A DNA stretch of 41,450 bases from Octopus bimaculoides (taxonomy: Eukaryota), in contig NC_069001.1 in NCBI RefSeq assembly GCF_001194135.2, positions 31,390,624 to 31,432,073 on the forward strand, given 5' to 3'. Shown here one piece after another: positions 1 to 11,309 of this stretch. Positions within the stretch are counted from its first letter, which is position 1, and every line of letters begins with the position of its first letter. The notes beneath the pieces were generated by a model. The model saw only the letters and a program-made list of their open reading frames with translations, was not told the origin of the DNA and made no database searches. The position numbers were made by a program, and so were the translations under genes.

Positions 1-3
1 TAT

Positions 4-38
<35 letters not shown>
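1..38. repeat. (TATT)n microsatellite
   Basis: Perfect TATT run, about 9 units, at the window start. Confidence 0.95.
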
Positions 39-39
<1 letters not shown>

Positions 40-191
40 TTTTCAGAAGTGGGAGACAAGAGTGTGTACCACTCGGAGTATCCCTTGTGTTTTCCACCTC
101 CACCTCAACCCCTTCACCCCAGCCTTTATAGGCTTTATACAGCAGATTCAAAAGTGCCACTCTTACAAAAGCGCTGCCTGGGGCAGATTAC

Positions 192-262
<71 letters not shown>

Positions 263-297
263 TCTCACACACACAACACATACACACACACACACAC
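192..297. repeat. (CT)n followed by (CA)n compound microsatellite
   Basis: Read directly; explains the SL/RE/TH tails of ORFs 49..306, 62..331 and 188..415. Confidence 0.95.
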
Positions 298-929
298 GAA
301 CACTAGCTACGTTACCAGTTCTTGTTGCTAGAAAAGGTCTGAGACTCTTTTGCTTCACAAACAAAGCAAACATTTCACTGGTCAGAAGCAGCACCGTCTT
401 AGGGCAGGAGCACACAAAGCAGTTGCCCGATGACCTCGTGGATCTATGGAGCTCAATTCTAATCTACGTATGCTGTGACTCATTGGTCTTGGGCCCCACT
501 TTTATGTATGCTGTGGCTTACTGCCAATAACAAGACGATATAGGACCTGGAGCATTGATTTAACCAGGTACTTCACAGGTCTAGGGACCTAGTTTTGATT
601 TATGTATGCTATAGCTTGTTATAAATGGATAAGTATTATGGGGTCCTATAATGCTGCTAAGGCCCTCTGATCAGAAGGTCAATCCAGTGACAACCACCTC
701 TGCGCCGAGGACTCAGCAATTCTTAGTCGATGGCGTACGGGTCGGTGTGGTCGGTGTCTGCCACTGGTTTCTCTCGTGTCACAGTTTCAAAGAAAGAAAG
801 CAATGAGATGATGACGCAGGCTTAGATTTATTTCAGGCTGAGACAAACTATAGTAATATTGGCGGTGATGGTCATTGCTGGAACGCCTCTGTGTATTAAG
901 TGTGATCAGGGTTGATTCGGGATTAAACG

Positions 930-1084
930 ATGGTGACGATGACGGCAGCAATAACAACAACAGTAACATTAACAATGGCAAACAGAACAAATATCCTCAA
1001 TCTACAGAACAAGATATTTATTACTGATTGCTAAAAAAAAACATGTCGTTGTTGTTTTTGGCGGTGGCGGTGGCGGTGATCAAT

Positions 1085-1116
<32 letters not shown>

Positions 1117-1342
1117 GTTTATTATGATGATGATGATTATCGTTAAGATCACGATTATCATCATCGTCACCAGTGAGTTCATGATGAATATCATGATCGT
1201 CTTCCCCCTCCTCCTCCTCCTCCTCCTCATCATCATCGTAATCCTCATGGTAATAATCATGATGATATATTGGATGATGATGATGATAATGATGATAATG
1301 ACGATGATGATGATGATAACAATCAAAACAACAACCTTAATG

Positions 1343-1379
<37 letters not shown>

Positions 1380-1455
1380 CAGCAATACAGATTATTTTTA
1401 AAAGACCAAGAAGAATAAGACCAACAGCATCAACAACGAGCATGACAACAACGAT

Positions 1456-1494
<39 letters not shown>

Positions 1495-1540
1495 CAAAAA
1501 AGAAAAAAAGCAAAGACCAAACGAAAAACAATCAAACAAG
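930..1540. repeat. Trinucleotide mosaic (ATC, ATG, CTC, AAT, AAC)
   Basis: Successive ATC/GAT/CCT/AAT runs; poly-I/M ORFs are artefacts. Confidence 0.9.
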
Positions 1541-1924
1541 TCATCAGCATGTGAAAATGTAATTTAATTTATTAAATCGTGTGATGTTATGTTTATAAAA
1601 AAAAATACTATCAAATCAAAATATTGTGTAAACAGAGTTAATGAACAATCTTAATAGATAGACTTTCTCTTCTTCGTGGGGGTTTTTGTGCGTATGTCTT
1701 TTTTTCCTCGTATTTTGGGATAATTTTGTTTTTAGTGGGGTTTTTTTGTTGTTTTTCATTACTAATTTCCAACATTTCCTCAGGAAAATATTTGTTGTTC
1801 ATAAAAATGTTCAAATGTTCTTATATGAATATCATTTACGTTTTACGTTTGTATGTGTTTGTGCGTGTGTTATGTACGTTTGTGTTTTTGTATGTGTGTG
1901 TGTCTATGTCTGTGTTTAAGAACA

Positions 1925-2402
<478 letters not shown>

Positions 2403-3191
2403 NNNNNNNNNNNNNNNNNNNNNNNNNNNNNNNNNNNNNNNNNNNNNNNNNNNNNNNNNNNNNNNNNNNNNNNNNNNNNNNNNNNNNNNNNNNNNNNNNN
2501 NNNNNNNNNNNNNNNNNNNNNNNNNNNNNNNNNNNNNNNNNNNNNNNNNNNNNNNNNNNNNNNNNNNNNNNNNNNNNNNNNNNNNNNNNNNNNNNNNNNN
2601 NNNNNNNNNNNNNNNNNNNNNNNNNNNNNNNNNNNNNNNNNNNNNNNNNNNNNNNNNNNNNNNNNNNNNNNNNNNNNNNNNNNNNNNNNNNNNNNNNNNN
2701 NNNNNNNNNNNNNNNNNNNNNNNNNNNNNNNNNNNNNNNNNNNNNNNNNNNNNNNNNNNNNNNNNNNNNNNNNNNNNNNNNNNNNNNNNNNNNNNNNNNN
2801 NNNNNNNNNNNNNNNNNNNNNNNNNNNNNNNNNNNNNNNNNNNNNNNNNNNNNNNNNNNNNNNNNNNNNNNNNNNNNNNNNNNNNNNNNNNNNNNNNNNN
2901 NNNNNNNNNNNNNNNNNNNNNNNNNNNNNNNNNNNNNNNNNNNNNNNNNNNNNNNNNNNNNNNNNNNNNNNNNNNNNNNNNNNNNNNNNNNNNNNNNNNN
3001 NNNNNNNNNNNNNNNNNNNNNNNNNNNNNNNNNNNNNNNNNNNNNNNNNNNNNNNNNNNNNNNNNNNNNNNNNNNNNNNNNNNNNNNNNNNNNNNNNNNN
3101 NNNNNNNNNNNNNNNNNNNNNNNNNNNNNNNNNNNNNNNNNNNNNNNNNNNNNNNNNNNNNNNNNNNNNNNNNNNNNNNNNNNNNNNNNNN

Positions 3192-3400
3192 ATATAATAT
3201 AAAATGTTTAATATATATATATATATATAATATAAAATGTTTAATATATATATATATATATAATATAAAATGTTTAATATATATATATATATATATAATA
3301 TAAAATGTTTAATATATATATATATATATATATAATATAAAATGTTTAATATATATATATATATATATATATAATATAAAATGTTTAACATATATAAATA
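3192..3400. repeat. Minisatellite: TATAATATAAAATGTTTAA plus variable (TA)n, about 33-39 bp, at least 5 units
   Basis: Unit read five times after the gap; degenerate copies recur at about 3935-4090. Confidence 0.9.
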
Positions 3401-3407
3401 CATATAT

Positions 3408-3945
3408 ATACACTAGACATAAGTTTAATAAACTGCAAAATATGAATATCCACACTACCACACCTGAAACGTACCTGTTATAAGTCTTTATCTCGATTTG
3501 AATGTACGTGAAGCTATTTAGAATGCCTAAACTTATTTCTGCAAACGTGCTAAGCGCTGGTGCTGATCATAGTTCAACCAATAAGAGTAGGAGCGAGGTA
3601 AATGCAGTAAAAATAGGGGAATCAGTGGAGCCCCATTTAAGCGGCTCTTCAGAAACTAAACCTCCCTACGATGCTCCCTGGGAATTCATGGTATGAAATT
3701 CATTGTCATTGCTCCAATTTGGTCGCCAATGCCATTTATTTAGTTTAAAATGCAGTAAAAATAGTGGGGTCAGTAGGGGCCCCAATTAGGCGGCCCTTAA
3801 AAATAACTGACCTGCTTAGGACATTCCCAGCGATTAGGGGAATTGCTGGTTTGAGTTTCGTTGTCCTTGCACCAACGGTCCAGAAGTTAACGATCATAAA
3901 ATCGTAACGGACAGAGAAACCTCACTCAAATTTATAATATAAAAT
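3408..3945 (+). mobile_element. Probable non-autonomous Helentron/HINE (DINE-1/Lep1-like) element
   Basis: Starts TATACACTAG; internal degenerate direct repeat (AAATGCAGTAAAAATAG... at about 3600 and 3748); ends AACGGTCCAGAAGTTAACG...GTAACGGACAGAGAAACCTCACTCAAATTTATAATATA, resembling HINE ends as I recall them. Confidence 0.45.
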
Positions 3946-4142
3946 CTCTAACATATGTGTGTATATATATATATATATACGTGTGTGTGTGTGTGTGTGT
4001 GTGTTTAAATATATTGTCTAACATATATATATATATAATATAAAATGCCTAACATATATAAATATATATATATAAAACGTCTAGCATATTACGTCACCCT
4101 AAATTGAAATCACCAAGGAGAAGTTTATCATGGATGGAGACA

Positions 4143-4413
4143 ACTTTTGAGTTATCTCTGAATCGGACCAACTTCTGGATTAACCCAAAGGTTTTTCCTT
4201 CATCAGCAGATGACCAGCTACACGAGTGTCGAGGCTTGCTATGGAATTCGATATAGATATATTTGGGGTACTTATATGCATTCATGGCATTGCATTTGCT
4301 TTTCTGTGGGTATATATAAGCATTTCATTTATTTCCTTGGTGTTCTCTGCTGACGGAGGAAAACCATTTGGGCTAATTCAAGAATTGGCCCGATCCAGAG
4401 ATAACTCAAGTTT
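4143..4413. repeat. Inverted repeat, about 68-bp arms (4143-4210 and 4345-4413), roughly 80% identical, 134-bp spacer; possible inverted Penelope-like pLTR remnant
   Basis: Reverse complement of left arm TCTGCTGATGAAGGAAAAACCTTTGGGTTAATCCAGAAGTTGGTCCGATTCAGAGATAACTCAA aligns to right arm TCTGCTGACGGAGGAAAACCATTTGGGCTAATTCAAGAATTGGCCCGATCCAGAGATAACTCAA. The repeat is certain; the class is inferred. Confidence 0.75.
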
Positions 4414-4639
4414 ATGAATCTCCGTTACCTTGCTCCCTCGCTTTTCGACACGTGTGTAATGATGATAATTATGATATTTAATGCGGTTCGACAATTTAAC
4501 GTCTCCTTTCAGCATATAGGCAAAACTTTTTGCTATGTCCTTAATTATAATTGTATTTATGATTTCACCTTAATATGTCCGTTTTTTATATGTTGGCCAC
4601 TGATGAAATTTTTAACAACTTTATCCTTTTATTTCATAT

Positions 4640-4674
4640 ATATATATATTCACACACACACACACACACACACT

Positions 4675-4705
<31 letters not shown>

Positions 4706-5235
4706 GCATGTATATTTATGTTTGTGCATACATATATGTGCTTGTGTATGTGGGTATGTATGTATTATCGAGCTTAGCCGTCACTCGCAAGTACTTTGTA
4801 TCACGCTTTCGCTAATTGCTTATGGCACCCATGAAGTCACGATCATACATACGCATGCGCACATGCATAGACGCACACTTACATACAAACACATACGCCT
4901 ACATTCAGACAAATATACATGGATACATACATTCATAAGAACACGGCACAGACACGCACACGCACACATACATGTGCCCGTAAATATACGTCTGCACACG
5001 TCCATACATATGTAAAGACATAAACACACACCGACAAACATATGTATGCGTATAAACACATGTACATGTATATATAATGTTTATACACACCAAACATGCG
5101 CTCAGACAAAAATATATACTCGCATACATCCATAGACACATACCTACCTACCTACCTACCTGCCTGCCTGCCTGCCTACACGAACGCATGCCTATCTACC
5201 TACCCGCACACATACTTAGGTAGATACATGCACAT
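4640..5235. repeat. (CA)n/(TA)n/(TACC)n/(TGCC)n microsatellite mosaic
   Basis: Read directly. Confidence 0.9.
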
Positions 5236-5248
5236 GTAACTAACTGAT

Positions 5249-5562
5249 ACTCCGTCGGTTACGACGATGAGGGTTCCAGTTGATCCATTCAACGGAAGGG
5301 CCTGCTCGTGAAATTAACGTGCAAGTGGCTGAGTACTCCACAGACACTTGTACCCTTTATGTGGTTCTCAGGGAAATTCAGTGTTATATAGTGTCACAAG
5401 GCTAGCTCTTTAAAATACAGATACTACTCATTTTTGCCAGCTGAGTGGACTGCAGCAACTTGAAATAAATTGCCTTGCTCAAGGACACAACGCGTTGCTG
5501 AGAATCGATCTCAGAACCTTCCAATCATGAGTCGAATAACCTAACCACTAAGTCACGCGCCT
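5249..5562 (-). mobile_element. tRNA-derived CORE-like SINE, type C, near full length
   Basis: Minus strand: GGCGCGTGACTTAGTGGTTAG (A-box region), CORE-like GTTGTGTCCTTGAGCAAGGCAATTTATTTC...CAGTCCACTCAGCTGGCAAAAATGAGT, tail ending GGAACCCTCATCGTCGTAACCGACGGAGT. Confidence 0.85.
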
Positions 5563-5640
5563 ATACACATGTATACACATACAGGCGCATATTGATCAGA
5601 GAATGATGAGCTTTACTTCCACGCCTCCCCCCCCCTTTAC

Positions 5641-5741
5641 CATTTCAGACTGGAATGATTCCCCCACGATGGAGAAAAACCATACGGCTGTTCTTCAGTT
5701 AGAATATATGTAGATCGATGGGATCCAGAAGAGTGCGATTT
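5641..5741 (-). CDS. Candidate internal exon of an unidentified host gene (KSHSSGSHRSTYILTEEQPYGFSPSWGNHSSLK)
   Basis: Acceptor TCTTTCGTCTCCAG, donor ATG/GTAAAG, 101 nt, one open frame; no homology recognised. Confidence 0.25.
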
Positions 5742-6008
5742 CTGGAGACGAAAGATCCAGGGAAAGATATATGTATTTCAGGCAAGATCAGGATAAGAGA
5801 AATATGTATTCAGTGTGTGTGTAGGATTTTATGTAAGGATGTGTGTGTGTATGTATGCGTATCTGAGATGTTAAAACAGCTCATTGATAAAGATATATTG
5901 GATTTCCAGATCATAAATGCCATGTTCATATTCGCTACAAGAGTTTGGTTTCCATTATATCTGTGTGCAGATCGGCGATTAATTTCTATTCTACGTGCTT
6001 TGGTTGAT

Positions 6009-6009
<1 letters not shown>

Positions 6010-6046
<37 letters not shown>

Positions 6047-6180
6047 CATGGTGATAGGAGTCGTGGTGGCTGTGATGGTAGTTATAGTGGCAATGTTGGT
6101 GCTGGTGGTTGTGGTGATGGTGGTAGTAGTGTTAAAGGTAGTAGTGGTAGTGGTGGTGGTGGTGGTGGAAGTAGTAGATG
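6010..6180. repeat. (TAG)n/(GGT)n trinucleotide mosaic
   Basis: Read directly; source of poly-S/V/T ORFs. Confidence 0.9.
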
Positions 6181-6239
6181 CTTACAAAATGAATAGAACT
6201 GACTGTACGCAGAATATATCTCCAATCCAATGTAAAGAA

Positions 6240-6372
6240 ATCCTCCGAGGTCGAATTCGCCTTTCTTCTTTTCGGGGGTCGATAAATTAAATACTAGATG
6301 CGTACTGGGGTCGATTTAATCTAAACCCCAACCTCCAAAATTTCGGGCCTTGTGCCTAGAGTAGAAAAGAAT
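6240..6372 (+). mobile_element. SINE type A, 5'-truncated
   Basis: GAGGTCGAATTCGCCTTTC...GGGGTCGATAAATTAA...CTGGGGTCGAT...AAATTTCGGGCCTTGTGCCTAGAGTAGAAAAG matches the 3' half of the copy at 25536-25744. Confidence 0.8.
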
Positions 6373-6646
6373 ATATAGAAATCCTTCTCCGATAGCAAAA
6401 AAAAAAAAAAATGAATTCAGCGCTAAAAAATTAGTACGAAATTTATATTCATATGTAAGAACCATTTTGGCTGTTGGCCAGTGTTATTGACATTTTGGTT
6501 TTAAATTGTGTCTAGCCACCTTAATTATTTTGTGTGTGTGTGTGTGTGTGTGTGTTTATATTTAACATTAAAAAACATTTATATGTAATACGTTCTTGTG
6601 CACTGGAAGACCATCGCTGTCTGAAAAGTGAAATTCTTATTTCTAG

Positions 6647-6700
6647 GCAGTGTGTGTGTGAAAACACATTGAGCCGGACTATGAATGACGTCATCAGACT
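6647..6700 (+). CDS. Candidate 54-nt symmetric exon (QCVCENTLSRTMNDVIRL)
   Basis: Acceptor CTTATTTCTAG, donor GTAGGT, length a multiple of 3, one open frame; no homology recognised. Confidence 0.25.
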
Positions 6701-6984
6701 GTAGGTCATGTGTTTCTGTGTCGTTACGCTTCAGTATCTTCGTCAACGGAGTGGATCATTGATCGGCTCGTTTAGTGACCTCTAAAGAGCAGTTCACAAA
6801 TTGAAAAATAAAACAAATTGAATTAAATGAATATGAATTCTTTAAAATGAGTAAAAATAAGGTTTTTCAATTTGTTCAGTGAAATCATTTAATATTTTGG
6901 TAGTAAATAATTAGGACAAGCTTGCCGAAGGCATTCGCCATAATGTTTATCTCCGTCAAATTGCACACCAAATATTAATTTTTA

Positions 6985-7362
6985 AGCGTGGTAAGAAGTT
7001 TACTTCCCAATCACATGATCCTGGGCTCAGTCCCACTAAATAGCACCTTGGGCAAATGTCTTTTACAATAGCCCCTGACCGACTAAACGCTTGTGAGTAG
7101 GTTTGGTAGACAGAAACGGGAAAAAAAGCCCCTTGTATAACGTATGTGTGTGTGTGTCTTTGTGACTATTTTCCACCACCCCTTAACAACCTGTCTTGGT
7201 TTGTTTGCGTCCCCGTAACTTAACGTTTCGGCAAAACAGATCTATAGAATAAGTTTCAGACTTCAGAAAAAGTAAATACCGGAGTCGATTCGTTCCACTA
7301 AAACCCTTCAATGCGATGCTCCAGCATGGCTACAGTTTAATGACTGAAACAAGTAAAAAAAA
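6985..7362 (+). mobile_element. SINE type B (tRNA head, CORE-like block, internal TG microsatellite), near full length
   Basis: GCGTGGTAAGAAG...CAGTCCCACT...CACCTTGGGCAAATGTCT...CCCCGTAACTTAACG...CTCCAGCATGGC...TGACTGAAACAAGTAAAA; same blocks recur at about 21.1, 25.4, 27.5, 34.7 and 39.1 kb. Confidence 0.85.
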
Positions 7363-7528
7363 AAAGAAACAATTCTTCGAGAGACTGCAAAAAGAGGAGA
7401 GCATTGGAAATTCCACATGTTCTCTCCCCTAGAAAACGGCTTCAGATCATACTGGTTTGTTGAGCCTACTCTGCCACACTGGCTCGACATGGCTCGGCAG
7501 TGGGGTGCAGTTTTTTTGCACCCGTACC

Positions 7529-7709
7529 CAGGAGTAGTTAAGTCGATTACGTCAACCCCAGTGTTTCACTGATACTTATTTTATGGACTCCGAAAGGAAG
7601 AAAAGCAAAGTCAACTTTGGCGGAATTCGAACTCAGAATGTAGCGACGGGCGAAATATCGCTAAGTATTTCGTACAGTGTACTAACGATTTTGCCAGCTT
7701 GTCGGCTTA
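7529..7709 (-). mobile_element. SINE type A
   Basis: Reverse complement gives AGCTGGCAAAATCGTTAG...TTCTGAGTTCGAATTCCGCC (B-box)...GTTGACTTTGCTTTTC. Confidence 0.85.
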
Positions 7710-8776
7710 AAACTAACGAATTAATTAACTGTAAAGAAACGAATTGGCTACAACCAGTGCATGTGTATTTTGTACTGACAGAATGACCTCCTTTCAAAAG
7801 TACAAAAATATCTCTTTCTGCACACGCTTGCACAAAACGCAAAAATCTATCATAAAATCATATATGGAAAATATCTAAAACTCATAAAAGAATAAATGTC
7901 ATTTAACTAAATAACTGATTCTATAGAACGAATATTAATAACATAACAATATAAAGTCGTGTAGCAGAGATATAAAAACATAACATACCAATGCTATATA
8001 AATTGTTATAACTTTAAGTTTAGACATGATGGATAAAATTTGCATAGGATTTTTGAAACAACCATGCAATGAATTACCAAAATATACATTTAACTCAATA
8101 AAGAACAAATTTTCGATGCAGACCAAGTGTATTCTAATAATAGTATTCCTTAGAATAATAGAATTCCTAAGAAAGAAATCAATTTATCCAATTTTATTCA
8201 AAGAAGAACAAGCCGGCTTATAAGTACACCTTAAGAGTCTTTTAGTTGATATTCAGATATAATCAAATGCCGAACTTTTTGGAAAGTTTGGCTTCTTTTA
8301 ACTATGACATTTATGGACTGAATTTGAAAAATATTGGCTTGTCATTTCTCTTCTTTCTTAGAAAATGCCATGCTGTAGAGGTTACTGCGTTGACATTTAG
8401 TACGAGAGCAAAGCTACGCTAACGTCGGCATTAATGTATGCGTGTGAAGACCGTCACCCATAATCAAAACATCCTCTTCTAAGTAAATATGAGACGAAGC
8501 ACCGAAATGGTCGTTCTATTTCCGGAGGACATTAGCGACATAAGATAAACGTTCTGCCAATTGAAAGACAGTAAACCCCACTCTGTGATAACCACCACCA
8601 CTACCACCACCACTACCACTCTCAGCCAAGATTTGTCTGTCACTCGTTTTAACAAATAGTCAAATGGGTCGATGAAGACGCAAACTTTCGCGCAATTCCT
8701 CGACCATAATTACCACCGAATTTTCTCCTCCAATCACTCGCTTCATACCATCTGAGTGCATTGTTTTTGGAAATTC

Positions 8777-8843
<67 letters not shown>

Positions 8844-8848
<5 letters not shown>

Positions 8849-9160
8849 GGCGCATGGCTCAGTGGTTAAAGTGTCGTGCTCATAATCACGAGGTAGTGAG
8901 TTCGATTGTCGGACAGTGCTGTGTGTTGTTTTCTTGAGCAAGACACTATTTCCCGTGGTTCCAGTTCACTCAACAGTAGAAATGGGTTGCGACGTCACTG
9001 GTACCAAGCTGTATCGGCCCCTTTGCCATTTCCTTGGGGAGGGAAGACTGGTATGCATGGGCGACTGCTGGTCTTCCATAAACAACCTTGCCTGGACATG
9101 TGCCTTAGAAGGGAACTTTCTAAGTGCAATCCCATGTTCATTCGCGACCGAAGGGGTCCT
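8844..9160 (+). mobile_element. tRNA-derived CORE-like SINE, type D
   Basis: A-box TGGCTCAGTGG, B-box-like GAGTTCGATT, CORE-like TTCTTGAGCAAGACACT...CCAGTTCACTCA; colinear with 35707-35998 apart from an internal deletion of about 20 bp. Confidence 0.9.
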
Positions 9161-9195
9161 AGAGATCCAATATATACATATATATATATATATAT

Positions 9196-9364
9196 CAAAG
9201 AGACTACTAAGTAGACTGCTAATGTGCTAGAAGATCTATTAAGACCGAATTGTTCTCAAAGAAAAATTTTGCGAATTTTTCTTTGAGAACAATTCGGTCT
9301 TAATAGACACAATACATGTGATCTTCATCTAGCACATTAGCAGTCCACTTAGTGGTCTCTTTTA
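9196..9364. repeat. About 170-bp fold-back palindrome flanked by TA repeats (MITE-like)
   Basis: Perfect 34-bp inner stem TCTATTAAGACCGAATTGTTCTCAAAGAAAAATT with 5-nt loop TTGCG; outer arms of about 35 bp with a few mismatches. Confidence 0.9.
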
Positions 9365-10019
9365 TATATACATATACAATAATCCTTTGAGATCTCAGAT
9401 ATTTTTTTCTGAATCTCTTGATTCTTTTAATGTGCTAGTTCCTGGTATTAAATTGATATTAATTAATATCCAATTTTTTACCCTACTATTTTGATTTAAT
9501 ATATATATATATATATATATATACAACAAGAAGCAATAAATTATAGATCAATATGTAAAGTTATAGTATTCTTTTGTAAGTTTTAACTAAACGGCTCAAA
9601 AATGGCTGTACTCCGAGATACTTGTTTTCCTCTTTCGGCTGACAATTTAAGAATATTTTGCTGCTTAAATCTTCTGATATTTAAATATATTTCAAAATTT
9701 TATTTGGAAGCTACCGAGAAATGCTTAACTCACTTACTTTTTGAAATATTTAGAAGCTACGTAAGCAGCATTATATAATAACGGTTACTTTGTGATCGTG
9801 TGTTACATTTTCCATTCTTTCTTGGAAATAAAAAAATTATCTAACCATCTTTAGGCTTCAAGAATTCAGCAGCATCTTCTGGTATCGCTTCCTGTAACGG
9901 TCCTGAGCAACACTAATGCTATCAAGGAATGTTTGAATTTTTTTAATCCACATTGCATCTCTGGAATTTTACAGTCAGGATATTTCTGGGATAAATAACA
10001 TTGACAGAACAATGACGTA

Positions 10020-10525
10020 TAAGTAATCGAGATCAGACCATCCCTACGGAACGGGGTGTCAGTTCGTCGCAGAGTTACTAATTTACGACTGAGTGGACTA
10101 CGGACAACATGAAATGAAGTGTTTTGGTGAAGAACACAACACACCGCCCGCCCTTGGAACTGAAACCACGATGGCAAAATCCGAACCACTAGGAGCTGCA
10201 GGGACCAGAACAACATGAAGTGTAGCGTTTTGCTGAAGAACACAGCGCACCGCCTGGGCCGAAAATCGAAGCCACGATGGCAAAATCCGAACCATTAGGA
10301 GCCGCGTGGACTAGAGCAAGTAAAAAGAAGTGTTTTGCTCAGGAACACTACACACCTCCAAGACCGAGAATTGAAACTATGATCACAAGATCCGAACCAC
10401 TAGAAGCTAATGAATTGGAGCAACATGAAATGAAGTGTTTTGCTCAAGAACACAACGCAGAGTCCGGTCTGGGAATCGAAACGACAATCACAAGATCTTA
10501 ACCAGTAGGCCACGCACCTTCACTT
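10020..10525 (-). mobile_element. SINE type E whose head plus CORE segment is quadruplicated (about 105-bp period)
   Basis: AACCA(C/T/G)TAG marker at 10184, 10290, 10395, 10500; each unit carries AAGTGTTTTGCT-A-GAACAC; single tail at 10020-10085. Confidence 0.85.
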
Positions 10526-10850
10526 AAGATACTAACATAAATCAGGTGAATCAACCTCCAAGACATTAATTACTTCGACTTAGTTAAGTTCTGATTTATT
10601 GGAACATCTGTTATTGTCTCGTGCACTCATTAATGTTACTCCTATTAATCATCAATCAACGCTTGCCTTGGTTTACAGTGGAAACCACTGACAGTTTTAT
10701 CCAAGCTAATATTGCTCAGCGGAATGGTTTAGTCGTTAAATAATTCAGAGGCAACAACTATGTGATAGCATATACACTGCTTAATTTCTGATTTATGGGG
10801 ACATACGAGGTAGGTGTCAAATACGTGCAGTCACTATTAGCTATGCGCAA

Positions 10851-11309
10851 TCAGCTAATAGCGGAGATGCTCTGCCCGTGCCAATTTTGTGGGGCAGTGC
10901 GTGTGATTTGGAGGAAGGTAATTTTGTCCTTCCTGTTATACAACAGGGCAGCTATCACCTCCCTTGCTTCAATTTCTGGTGGTACGTCGTTCATTTTGAC
11001 GCGTGCTGTTCTCCTTCCCATGTAGGTTGGGATCAGCACCACCTCCTTCGTTTTCAGGGGACCCACTGAGTGCTCTTGGGCTTTTTCGGCCGTCTCAAAT
11101 CTGGCCTTTATCGTTCCATATTCCCTACCCCTCGCTATGTACTTTATGTCTTTCCGTATAGGGGCCAGGTATTTTTCTATTTCGCACGTTTCGAAGTGTT
11201 TGATTTTTTTCGATGAAAGATAGTACGTTTTGTAAACGACTGTCCTCCTCTTCATATTTTCAACACTAGGGGAGGGTGAGATCTTTATATCTCCACCCTC
11301 CTCTTTCAT
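10851..11309 (-). pseudogene. N-terminal half of a LINE ORF1-like (RRM-RRM, L1/Tx1-type) RNA-binding protein, 3'-truncated
   Basis: Non-repetitive open frame (ATG 11309; open from 11381). YGTIKARFETAEKAQEH resembles RRM RNP1 plus helix 2; ARVKMNDVPPEIEAREVIAAL resembles the start of a second RRM as in CCHC-type ORF1 proteins. Confidence 0.7.

Noticed and set aside
5655-5690. HDGEKPYGC resembling a C2H2 zinc-finger linker
   Set aside because: No second Cys or His pair follows and a stop lies directly upstream; probably chance.
6796-6875. 13-bp inverted repeat ACAAATTGAAAAA / TTTTTCAATTTGT
   Set aside because: Short, A/T-rich, does not extend, no TSD; expected by chance.
8770-8850. SINEs appear to sit next to (TG)n or (TA)n tracts (target preference)
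   Set aside because: Microsatellite density is so high that adjacency cannot be separated from chance without genome-wide statistics.
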